Source: Takakia lepidozioides
Lineage: Eukaryota > Plantae > Bryophyta
Length of the DNA stretch: 64,000 nucleotides
NCBI GenBank assembly: GCA_030704615.1
Contig: CM060731.1
Span: 72,416,001 to 72,480,000 of the forward strand
Direction: 5' to 3'
Below the pieces are notes generated by a model. That model searched no databases. It was not told the DNA's origin and saw only the letters and a program-made list of their open reading frames with translations. Positions 20,901 to 33,000 of this stretch are shown here, piece after piece. Made by a program: the position numbers and the translations under genes. Every line of letters begins with the position of its first letter. Position 1 is the stretch's first letter.

Positions 20901-23250
20901 TAGTGGGGCGTTTTCCATTGTGGCCAATTGATGTCTGTGGTTTCACAGAACACGAGCTGTGCAAAAGCTCATTGAGACGTTGCAGTCACCAGAGCAGGTG
21001 GTTATGGTGATCAAAGCCCTTGCTGATGGTGTGGTCGAGTTGATCAAGGACTTAAATGGGAACCATGTGGTGCAGCGCTGTCTTCAGAAACTTAGCAATG
21101 ATGATAGTCAGGTATGTTTTTGCATGCATCAAAATTTGATGTTAAAATCCACACCTGCATCCTATGTGTCTGGTGAGCGGCAATTGTGTACGTTTTCTCT
21201 TCTTTGTGAGTCATGCAGGTTGTTTAGTCAGGCCACTGGAGAATCGACTCCTTGTTATCTCCTGTAGAAACCAACGAGGGGTAGGTGGTTGAATCAATAT
21301 TGGAGCGGTTCTTAGGAGATGCACCGGCAAAGAGTGTGAGCTAGTTTTGTTCTTGGTCATTGTGCAGGTAACTTTGTGAGACAATGTAACTGCTATGCTA
21401 ACAGATGCCTCAAAATGTCCCTTTGCTATAGAACCCTTACTAACTTTCTTGAGGGTTCACTTTTGGTCAATGAGGTACTTCACTTTTGAAGGGCCCATTC
21501 TGCATCTGAATGAGGGCATCTGATGGTGAAGGGATGTATGTTCTGGTGCCTACAAGGTTTTTCGGGCTGAGGACTTGAGTTTGGTGTTTCATTTTCTTTC
21601 CTTTTCAGATCTTCTCTGAACAGAGCATCAGAGTTAAGGCAATTAGGGCCAAGTGTGTCAGTTAAGGTTGCTGGAAAATTTGGCCATTTTGCGAGTTTGT
21701 TTCTGTGTGTCTCTTGTGCATACAACTGACGTAACTACCGTGGTAAATGTCACCTGTGGTGGCATGTGCAGTTCATTTTTGATGCAGCAGCAGAGCATTG
21801 TGTGGAGATAGCAACACACCGCCATGGCTGCTGTGTGATGCAACGATGTGTTGACTTCGCATCAGGGCCTCAGAGGCAGCGTCTGGTGGCTGAAGTTGCT
21901 TCCAATGCACTTGTGCTTTCCCAATATCAATATGGGTAAGTTCTTGATGGTGCGTAAAGCTAGAATGAAGGAAAGTCGATAGAACAGACCTCCCGTCTCT
22001 TTCTGTGTATTATTAAAATCCTGTTCAATGCCTTCCCCTTGTGACCAACAGCAAGTTGCAGCTTACAAGGCTGAAACTGATCAAAGCATGCCTTTTATGT
22101 CCCTTTACTTGATACAAAGGTGCACTGGGCTTGAAAAAGTGGGGTCAGCCTGCATATCATCAGGGAACTAACAAATTGAGGATGGGGAATTTAAAGGAAG
22201 TTTATCATTCTGAATTAAAATATACTTGGGCACCTGCAATACTGCAAGCAGATATCGAAATGTTTGCCTGGTTTCTCTGAACAAGTATTTGGGGATTCCA
22301 AGCTTTACGGTGAAGGTCGTGCTTTCATCTTACATCGACTTTGATGTGCCCCAGTTGTCCCCGAGGAAAACATTTTGGACAAGATGTCAAGTTATTTGCT
22401 CTTACTGTTTTTGGTTTCGTGGGTGTCTTTCTTTGTGGCGGCTCTATCTGCATTCTCTAGTCGCAAGAGTCTTCGTCTTGGATTCCAAATCTGGGTGTTT
22501 TCTTGGTTGTAACGACTTTGTATGGGCATGATTTTAATCGTGATGTCATACACCAGTCCCTTTCTCTAACATGTGTGCACATTGGCAGCAACTATGTCGT
22601 GCAGTATGTTTTGGATCTTAAAACGTCCTGGTCATCAACAGAGGTGATGATGAGGCTGGAGGGAAACTATGCAAACTTGGCTACACAGAAATACAGCAGC
22701 AATGTGGTTGAAAAGTGTTTAAAGTTTGGAGTTGATGAACATCGCGCACGCCTTGTGCGGGAGCTGATGAGCAGCTCACGCTTAGGGCAGCTGCTCCAGG
22801 ACCAGTTTGCCAACTACGTCATCCAGTCTGCTCTTCAAGTCTCCAAGGTTTCTCCTTTATTTGGATCTTGGAAGTGCTCGTTTTTCCTGTTTATCATTAT
22901 CTGCCTGTCTTGGTTTATTTGCTTCTGATTTTAGTAAGCCTGTGATTGGTCTGCTAGAAGACTTGCAAGGGTCGATCTTGTTTGCCATCTCCAGATGTAT
23001 GGCTCTCCATGCCCGATGGTCTATGTACATTGGCTGTGGGGTTGTAGTTTGCCTGTGCCACAGCTCACTTTTGTGTCCCACCCGTCTCTTGATGTTGGTT
23101 CTTCTACTTTTACAATGTGCATATGACTTTTGGCTAAACCAGGGCTCTGTCCTCACCGGGCTGGTGGAAGCCATACGACCTCACCTTCCGGCCTTGCGCA
23201 ACAGTCCCTACGGCAAGCGGATTCTATCTCGCACCAATTTGAAAAAGTGA
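17986..23250 (+). CDS. PUM: Pumilio/PUF RNA-binding protein (APUM7-12 / Puf4-5-like class) with a CCCH zinc finger; exons 17986-20306, 20949-21111, 21772-21935, 22589-22847, 23143-23250
   Basis: Eight PUF repeats (KDQHGCRFLQ, DPFGNYLVQ, MHGTRAVQ, DLNGNHVVQ, HRHGCCVMQ, YGNYVVQ, KYSSNVVE, FANYVIQ) and C-terminal PYGKRIL. N-terminal EFEQLLGEIP. CCCH finger CRYHAQGYCSRGDVCPFVH. All junctions are GT-AG and in frame. Confidence 0.95.
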
Positions 23251-26200
23251 ATGTCTTGCATCCTTTGCAGACAACCGGCAGCCATCTCATGTTGCCCTCA
23301 CCAGAGGGCTCTCTTTCGCTGTCTTGTTTCAATCTTTTTCCTGAGGATGTCATCGGTGATCTAGTCCTCTCGCGATGCAAGATGTCGTGTGGGCTGTCCA
23401 TACCCTCTGTGCCTTGAGGATGACTTGCTGTTGGAAGCCTATGGGAACCCTTTGGGTGTCCGCGTCTAAGCTATTATATTGGAGATGTACAAATTAGAGA
23501 TTGTGGTCAGGGGACTGAGGGTGGTGGGTAACTCTTGGAGGTATGCTCTACACTGTCCGGCCAATCTGTATTTTGGGAAGGATTATAGAGGCTGAACAGC
23601 TTGAATCTGTTAAACACAGCCAGGTCCATTACATTATTCAAGGGCTTCTGTGGTGTCAAAGCCAGATCAGGTTCTCTCATTGCATTGCGCATCTTTCAAG
23701 GAGCAGGAATAACTGCTATGGACCGGTAATGACATGGATCATCCCCAATAAAATTGCAGTGTAGGATTCATCCCAGCAAGTTAGGTTTGGGGAAGGGAAA
23801 GAGATTCAGGCAGTTCTCCTGGATCTTCCCTGAGTCTTCCCCTGAATGTGTCTTTTGCCTAAACATGAAATAGGAAGGGAGGGTCACAATGAAAAAGACA
23901 CCAGGTTTGTTATCATGGGGGGGTCATCAAACAGAAAAAAAAGGGGCCAAGGTAGGTAGGCGAGATAGCAAGTGGTCAAGAGGCTGGCCTGTGTTAGGGT
24001 GCAGGTTAAAGCTGGCATATCTTGGGTTCTCCACCAAGGACCTTGGCCTTTGGAAACCTCTGGGGATTTGGAAATCTCATGCAGGTGTAGGTTCTTTTCC
24101 CCCTTTGATTAGGCAGGGCGATGATAGCCAGGTTGTATCAAATGCCAATTTTCTTCTGGCTATGGCGGACAGGTAGGATGTATTTGATAACTTATTTGGT
24201 GACAGACATTGTGATGGAGGTAAATACACCTAATGTGTGCTGCCCTGCACTGTTGTACCGTAAAAAGACTTTGTAACTATTCCACATTTGATAGACCTTA
24301 CCATTGCACTATGCATACCCGCCTGCAGCGGGATTGCCAATGGATTGGGACTGGTCATGGTTGTGAGGAAGTTCTCAGGTGTGTATGATAGATGAATTTC
24401 TTCCATGACTTATGTTTTTGTTTTTCCTGGAACATTGTGCGTTGATTCATTTGGTCTTCATAGTACGACAACCAGTTTGAAAGCAAAGGAAATATTGGCA
24501 TCTCCCTCTTTTCAATGTTACTGTTCTGTCCGAGTTGTGAGCATGATCACATAGATTTCAGGGCAAGCCAAGGGAAAAGACATGTACATGGCAACTTGTT
24601 TGGTAGAGAGGAAATCCCCTATTGCTTTCAGAGGTACTCTCATGATGCAAGGGAGATGAAATGTAGGGCATTCCCAACATTGGACATGGAGCTTGTTCTC
24701 TGACTGGGAAAGACATGAACAATTGTTAGAGGTAACCTATACACCTGGCTCTGCTGCAGGGACTAAATGTTAACATCTCTAGCTCTCTTGTCAATCCGAT
24801 GCTCAAATTGCTTTGTTATTTTAAGCGAGGTACAGTCCCTCACCTATAAGCCCCAAACTCTTCTGTTCTCCCTTTTCCAGTTGTACATGAGGGGATTGAG
24901 GCTCTTCACTGTATTTAGAAAGGACTAGTTTAGCACAAATCTTCAGGAAAAGTCTTAACAATAAACCAGTGTTTTTGAAGTGTGTCTATCTGCTGCGGTG
25001 TATTATACTGGGGACTCCATGATTCATGAGATTGAACCAGTGTTGTACTCGTATTGGAATTATAATATACCAGCCTAGGTCCTTCTCTTGAGAGGCCCCT
25101 TCTTTCTTCAGGCTGGTATGGTCCTAGGTAGGTAAGGTCAAGGTCCAGGGAAGGTATAAGTGGAGGTAAGTATAGGCAAGTATAAGTATAGGTATTGCTT
25201 TTTCCAAAAACCTCCACATGGTATGAATATCAGGGTATTTTGGAATGTAATACCAAGGACATATCAAATATCAACCCTGGTACATAACCCTAAGTTCCCA
25301 AGCGACTGAATCGTTCACTTTGAATTTGCAGTTCCACCTAATTTTTGCAGATCTAATCTGATGGGGCTCACTCCTGAAGCTTTAATGACAAGGGATTTGT
25401 CTCGAGTATGATGCAAAAAACAAAATTAAAAAAAAAACAAAAGCTGCGACTTACAAAAAATATCTTAGATCTTTAATTTACGTTTTGGGGCCTGAAAAGG
25501 GCTGTTGACCGCTGACGTGGCAGGTAAACAAGCCCAAAACAGATTGCACTCCAAAGGGCATTTTTGGCAGAAAATTAGCAATTTTGGAAAAAACACTTCA
25601 CCTTGTGGTGTGTGAGCATTACATACACACATCCACCGTTGGCTTTTAAAACTTTTGTAGAAAGAAAAGTACTTCATTTGGAGGCACATTTTATGTTGTC
25701 AATTTTGAGATTTCAACCCCCCATGTAATTGCATGAAGCAAGCATAGGTGAAAAAATCAGTTGGACCTGCAATTTAGTGGGGTCATGGCCACTCCACTAT
25801 TGATTTGGAAATGGTGGGTCTTGGGGCAAGCAAAATTGGAGAAAGCTAGGTTTTGATTTGGTCAAACCTATTTCTTTCTCACTTTTTCCTTGGGACCTGA
25901 TATTTGAGGTCTGGGCCGACATACTCTCCACATTTCCACGGACTTGGCTCATTTTTTGGTATGTCATGCATAAATGGGCCCATTGCTATAAGGGCTGGAA
26001 TCTGTGGATGATTTTTGGTAGGTTCCTAGGGCAAGGGGTACCCAAATTGGTCAAAAGTCAAAAAGCTTGGAACTTGAGGGATAATATCAAAGTTTATAGA
26101 TTGTGTTGTGAAAAAAGATGACATCCTTGAAGTTTCTTTACCTGAACTATTCTACATCTGCTTATGTAGGCAGCCTCTACAAACCTGAATCCATCCACTA

Positions 26201-26771
26201 TGCATCCTCATAGGATGAATCTAGAATCTAAACTAATATAAATTTGATCATCAAAGTAGCCAGCAACATGCATGCGTCAACGTCATAATCTGCCTGTGCT
26301 ACCAATGCAACACAACCCTACCAAGGAATCGAGAGGAAAAATGGGGCAATCCGTGTCTAGAGTACTGGTATATGGCTTTTGGAAGGTCTGAGTAATGAGC
26401 CTGGTAGCAAAAGGGGATGTATTAGGATACTACTGGTCTACCCTAGGTTTTGTGGCCGACACGTATTCATAAAGAACTAGGGCTGATTTCTCTTTGTTTG
26501 TATATGCGTATTATACAGCGTAACAGCCACAAGTACCAGTGCATTACACACATGCGTCGTAATGCACACCTGCGATATTTCTTTATCTTTACCTCCAAGA
26601 TCTTTTCTCACAAAAAGCTACTAGCGGGGAGAAAGCATAAAGGAAGGATAAAAAGATAAAGAAGTCATACCATTTCTGTACGCAGGGTGATGCCGTAATG
26701 CCCCTCGTGCACGGATTTAAGGGCCTTCCCCTCGGCGTCAGGCCCTCAAATCCGGGGAATGCCCTCCACTC

Positions 26772-27500
26772 AGGCTGATCTGGCAGTGAAGTGCAGAATA
26801 TTTTTTTTCTTTACAACAAAACACTTCGGCACAACTTAAGGAAATTTCTAGATTTTACGGCAATGCCATGAGGAGATTTGGTGACCCCTTGCATGAACTT
26901 GCTCTATCTACTGTACCAGATGTGGTAAGAGAATATGTACCAACAGTCAGTAGCTCAGATGGTTAAATGCACTGAGTGCCACCCAGCTGATTCTGGGGTC
27001 AAATCTTGCTACTCACGGGTGTGGGTGTGGTATGGTTCGTGGGCGGTGTCCCACTCATTCGCCTCCATGGCGCATAAATGAAAGAGGTTATTTTCTCCTC
27101 TCACTACAAAGGGGCCTGATTTGTGAGCTGTCGCTCCCAGGTGTTTCCCTTTTTCCAAGAAAACCCAAACAAATAAAAAACAAATTATGTGGAGATCATG
27201 GCCATGAGAGCTCTCATGGGAGCTCATGGGAGCATGGGAGATCATGGCCATGAGAGCATCTGGTCAATCATCAAATGCAGTGATTGTTCAGCCAATTATT
27301 CTAGGATTTCTCATAGCCAAGGAAAATATTTTCCTAGAGCTTTATGCCTTGAAACATGCATTTGGAGATTTGATATTTGGAGTTTGTTTGAGATTTTAGG
27401 CATTTTTTTTATAAGTTTCTGGAATTTCGGCAGTTTTTCTTAAATTTTCACTTAATTATTAGGCAGATTCATTTCTAATTACTTAGTGCCGGATCAGCCT
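26772..27500. mobile_element. TIR-bounded non-autonomous DNA element of about 730 bp, containing a SINE
   Basis: Left end AGGCTGATCTGGCAGT; right end AGTGCCGGATCAGCCT (inverted, 2 mismatches). Internal CATGG-rich tandem repeats at 27190-27260. TSD unclear. Confidence 0.6.
26945..27100 (+). mobile_element. tRNA-derived SINE, second family
   Basis: A-box TAGCTCAGATGG (26951-26962) and B-box-like GGGTCAAATC. Body GTGTGGTATGGTTCGTGGGCGGT resembles the 15.5 kb copy. Confidence 0.6.
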
Positions 27501-28570
27501 TCCCACTACGGTACCCTATACAGTATCCAGTATCCACATGGTAGGTTCTGGAATACCAAGTTGATACCCAGTATTGATACCCGTGAATACCCTAAATACC
27601 AGTACAATATTATTTGAACCATAATTTTTGAACAAGTAAAGTAAAGTTTGTTTAAAACGAAAGGCAGCGGTGAAGTGGAGGCTGCGGAGTGGCTTCTAGT
27701 TTGGCGGTTGGGAACCTGCCAGAGCAGACGTGACGAGGCCACATGAGGCCACAGTGGAGCGCTCGGGTCTGTCGTGGCCAGTCTTAGCCACGGCCACATG
27801 TGGGTCTGTGAAAAATCTGGGATGGCAGTAAGTAAGTAGCTCGGAGATGTGATATTGTGCTCTCTGAAGCGTGGTATCTGAGTTGTACCTTCCATTACGC
27901 TCTGGAATCCCAAGTCACTCGATTTGTGAGCGAGTCACTGTGAAGATCCTATCAACAGTTTCAGGTCAGCCTCCTCTGGCCTTGCTTCTCAGATTTGGAA
28001 TAGAATGCTTGGGCAGGCTGTCAACTAGCCCCATAGCAGTCAAACGATTACATTCCTCATTGTACCAAAGTTTTCTTTTCTTCTGAGTTGCGGCAATTCA
28101 AATCGCGAAATTTCTTGGTCACGTGTACAGATTTCAGTGCAGCTTTGTAATGTGATTGTACTTTCTGTAGTTGCGGACAAAGTTGCAGGGCATGCTCGAT
28201 TTTCTAGCAGGAAATTCCCCATAGACTTGTCCTTAAAGTACACACTTGTTTGAGATCTGCACCATGTGGAACTTAAGAACTTCCGTCCGTTGAGTATTAA
28301 CATTGTCATTAAAAGTGCGTAAACAGACGATGACGATATATTTATGCAATCCTTTTAGCAGCTCGCTCCATATGAGTGCGGCCGGGAAATGTTTGGTGGT
28401 TGGAAGCAGATTTTGTCATGTACATAGCTTGGATCCCCTCCCTTGCAAACATGCGGATGAACACTGGACCGATTGTTTTATGGTTACTTGCAAGGTTTCA
28501 CTTATGAGAACTGTTTTGATTGAATTTTACAGCTCAACTTCTGCCCTCATCCTTTCAACCAATAACAGCC

Positions 28571-29447
28571 ATGGGAATGATGCTGGGAAAAATCACCGTG
28601 GAGACGCCCAAGTACAAGGTTGTCACACAGAAGCCTGATTATGAAATCAGAGAGTATGATCCTGTTGTGGTGGCGGAAGTTACATATGATCCCAAGGAGA
28701 TGAAGTGGGGTAGAGATGGTGGATTCATGATTCTCGCGGGCTATATAGGGGCAATTGGAACACCCTACAACAAGAAGGGGGCAGCACCTGGGGAGAAGAT
28801 CGCAATGACTGCACCCGTCATCACGCAGGAGCAATCTCATGGTCCGTTGGATCAATTTGTTTTGTAAATGTTCTGCCAATCCACTACTCCAGAACTACTG
28901 CTGCACCAAGACATGGACCATAGTATCTTCATGGCTAGCACCTTCTTCATTTAGCGTGCTTAGATTCATTGAAAGGGCATTTAAGTCACCAACTTGTTGT
29001 GGCACTCTGGAGTTAAATGCTGAACGTTAGATAATATTATCTGTGTTCCCAGAGGCAAGTCTTATTCACTCTGTGAAACTTTCAGGTGGACCAGAGAAGA
29101 TTGCAATGACTGCCCCAGTGGTTACTGAAGAAAAGGAGGTCAAGGAGGGGGAGAAGAAGTTAGTAACCATGCAGTTTGTGCTGCCCTCCAAGTATACTAT
29201 GGAGAATGTGCCCACACCAACAGATGAAAGGGTGAAGGTGAAAGACTTTCCAGCCAAAAAATTTGGAGTGATAAAGTTCAGTGGAAATGCAGATGAAAAG
29301 CTTACAGAGCAGCAGTTGCAGATACTGAGGAAGGCATTGCAAACTGACGGATACAAGATTACTGGGCAGTACTTACTTGCACGGTTCAACCCTCCATGGA
29401 CTCCCTGGTTTCTTAGAACTAATGAAGTTATGCTTCCCATTGAGTAG
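28571..29447 (+). CDS. SOUL haem-binding protein (At2g37970-like); exons 28571-28841 and 29086-29447
   Basis: MGMMLGKITVETPKY...YEIREY...GFMILAGYIG...EKIAMTAPV (twice)...MQFVLPSKY...ARFNPPWTPWFLRTNEVMLP. Phase-1 GT-AG intron. Confidence 0.93.
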
Positions 29448-30034
29448 AGTCTTAAATTGTAACATGACTAGACCATAGAAAGTTTTGACTGTCTGTAGGT
29501 ATTGTCCAGGCTGTAGGAGATGGAAGGATTGAAGCTCATCTCATCACTGAAACTGTCTTGATCAATTTCTCTTTTTGTTAGAAATCTTGAAGAAAATATG
29601 TATTGAATTATTATCACTTGTACAAAAGATTGCTTCAAATTTTTGTGAATGTGGATACTATATTTGAGAGAGTGCCACAGGCTCATAATTATGCAGGCTC
29701 CATCTCACTTTCTCTAAAATTTGAAGGTATAACCTCAGTTGCTCGAGTCTACTGAATGATTAGTTTGAAAAAATTTGCTCTGGTTGCTTGCCAAGTAATG
29801 TATCATTTACTTGTTTGTATTTCACCAAGCTTTTATATGACAAGTCACTGGTCATTGGAAATTGCCAGACAGCTGACTATTTTGAAGCTGATTAATAGTA
29901 CATTACCTTTCACATGCAGTCTCCTATGTAACCAGCTCATACTCACAGCGATTACTGATAGTTCTCGCTCTGCAATCTGGGAAGCTTAGTGCTTGCAATG
30001 ATGATACACACACCTTGACACACCGAGAATGTGC

Positions 30035-33000
30035 TCAAGAATATTCAACAGGGTTGTCTCTTCGGAATGGTGCATGACCCTTGGCATAGTCAAAATCAGA
30101 GGGCACATACAAGCAAGCAGCCTCAGGGTTGAAGTCAGGAGTTTCCACAAACTGCGGGCCATTGAATACAAAGAATGGTTCCCATTGTGGTTCATTCATA
30201 CATTATTATGTCTGTATCTACACTTAGATGGCAAAGCAGTGACATGTGACACAGGTGAAGTACGGGATAGTTGACACGTGTCTTCTTATGTTTTCTGATT
30301 AGCTGGTGTCTGAAAGACAAATATGAGCTGAAACTCATGAAGGAAGAGCCATGGTGCTCATGGTGACTTTTCTCAGCCCTGCTGCGGTGTTATCCATTTT
30401 TTATGGTACAAAGCAGCCAAGAAATATGCAGTGCAGACCTCCAACACATAGCCATCGCAGTTAGAGAACTGCCCCTTATACTCTCTAAAAGAAATACCAA
30501 TTGGGCAAACTACAGAGAAATAAAAATGAATCAAACCAAAATGAGACAGAAAGAAGAACAAATCTACTACTTGAGCAGGTTGTCCGAAAACCCTAAGAGG
30601 TAACCTTCGAATGTAGTGCTAAAAGTCAGCAGCTTGAGCAGAGGATTGGATAGCTAGAACATGCAGATCCACCAATAGATGAGCTGACATACAGAATTCT
30701 GCAGCTAAAAAGTTACCCAGTGACAAAGATGGAGTAAAAAACACATGGGCAGCTTCGGCAGACCTGTTAGGCACAAACCTGAACGAAAAGATCTAGGATA
30801 CGTTGACGAAGGCCTGTGAGAGACTTGGCAGGCCTGCCCCGGTACATGAGGTCTGCTTCCCTCTCTATGAGCAGCAACACCTCCCGAGTCAATCCACAGT
30901 CGTGTACTTGCACTGTCCACTTGACAAAGCCAAGCACTCCCATCCTTTCATCCATGGATGCTACCTCCTTCTTGAGTTCTTTGTAGAGCTGGTTTTGAAG
31001 TGCAAAGCAGATCAGCAGCCTGCTTAGTGTGAAATTTGATAATAACTGTCACTGCTTGCTTGACAGAGCACAGGCAAGCATTGCAAGGAATTGCAAACTG
31101 TGGCATTCTTTGAAATCGCCCCAAGTGCTTTGTCTAAATTGTGGGTCAGTCTATCATATATATTTTTCTGTCCTCGTATAGGAGGCAGAATGGCTTTGGT
31201 CAAGAGTCCTGTCTCTCTCTCTCTCTCTCTCTTTTTGTGTGAAGGGCTTTCCAGGGATATCTACAGCAAACAACGTCTTATGAGTACATTCTCTCCGTGT
31301 CTCTTGTTCTCCTGGGTCTATGGCCACAAGGCTATGACAGACAGCGTCTTATGAGTACATTCTCTTGCTCTCCTATTGATAGCTGCCAAAGGTCTCAACG
31401 AGATATCGGCAGCTGTACTGAAAGATGTGGCACTAACACGAACCCATCTATACCATGATGTGTATATAGGGCCCACCCCCGAAAGGGGGCAGTAGCAGCA
31501 AGGCAAAGTGGCTCTTAGTTACGCAAGCCTCGGCCGGAGTCTTCTCTCTACCATGATGTGTTTTGTCATATTACACAAGGCCCACCTGGCACTGAACAGA
31601 CAACCCCAGAGTTTCTTGAAGGTCTTAGAACATGCGTGGCTTACAAGCATGAGATCAGAGGCACGGGATGTGCCAGGTGTCCGGACATGCACAATGTTGC
31701 CATTTGACATCTCCCACATTTTTGGTACCCCCATCCTCACAATGGTCTTCATAATCCGTTCCTTGCGGTTCACTTTGGCTGCCTTAGTCCGCAGCTTGTC
31801 AATTGCCTGGAGCAGCTTTAGTTCCTGCTTTTTAACCATCATCACAAACACCCCACGCAATGGTTGAGAGACAGAGAGAGATTTACCCTACAACAGCTCT
31901 CTATAAACACTGCCAACATAGCTGCAGGGCACCTGCTCAGCTGACAATGATCTGGCTGTCAACAGGGCTGATCTAAAGGGCTGGTATCACACTCACTCAC
32001 TTTGATCACTACTAACGTAGCCCTTCACCTTGTGGTGGCATTGCCTATCTTCTGAGACAACGGGTGGAAGTAGACAAGAGGTCCTTCACCATTGGGCAAC
32101 ATGAGATTGTGATTGGATCCCGCTACATCAATGATGAAGATAACTGCTCCTTTCCTACCACGGGTCCAATTAGATGGGTACTAGTGTGAAGATAACCTTG
32201 GATCCCAACCCTGCAGTGCAGTAACCAGCAATCCTGCTCCACAGTTTTGCCAACTTGCACAGAGCATCCAGAAACTAATAGTGCCATTTTTATCTTCTGC
32301 ACCTAAAAGTGGGCATGTGCATATAGACAACATTTGCTTTCCGTGTCCTTCAAAGAGACAAATGTGGTGGTAGTCACCTTCAATAAAAGCTCTTTAATGG
32401 CATTGCTGCGGTCCATGCCTACAATCCCACTCTTGTTTATTGTTGCCAGCTCCTGGATGAAATTTAGACCACAAACACAAAAATCTCACCATGCCTGTCA
32501 GTTAGGATCCTCATGGTCACACTTGAGGGGGTGATGTCAGACACCACAGATGAAGATATAATCAAATGTTCGGAGGTGAAAGAGATCGTTACTGGTATGT
32601 CTCTTGTTGCTCACCAAATGAACTATGTATTTGTCACTTCATATCTCCCTGTACCAGACAGCAGATTGAAACAAACTTCCCTGTGATAATTGTGTTGTTT
32701 GGTGGGGGAGGGGTGAAAAGAAATAATTTGATACAACCACAGGAGGGAAGAGGGTCAATGGACACACGATGACAGAAACCAAAGAGGAAAAAGAAGAAAA
32801 TAAATTTATCATATATACAGCCCAGAGAAAGAGAGATGACAAAATTGTTACATTCATGTCAGACCCAGAGGAGGGCTCATAGAACACAGTGAGACAACAC
32901 AGGAAAACTATTCAAACCAAGAACAAATCATACTCCAAACATTGCACAAAGATGAAGAGAGAGGCTGATACAGAAGCACATCAAAAACAAATACTACCCC

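Noticed and set aside
30373-30470. FSNCDGY... as the last IQUB exon
   Set aside because: The exon at 30151-30035 gives the conserved FVETPDFNPEA instead.
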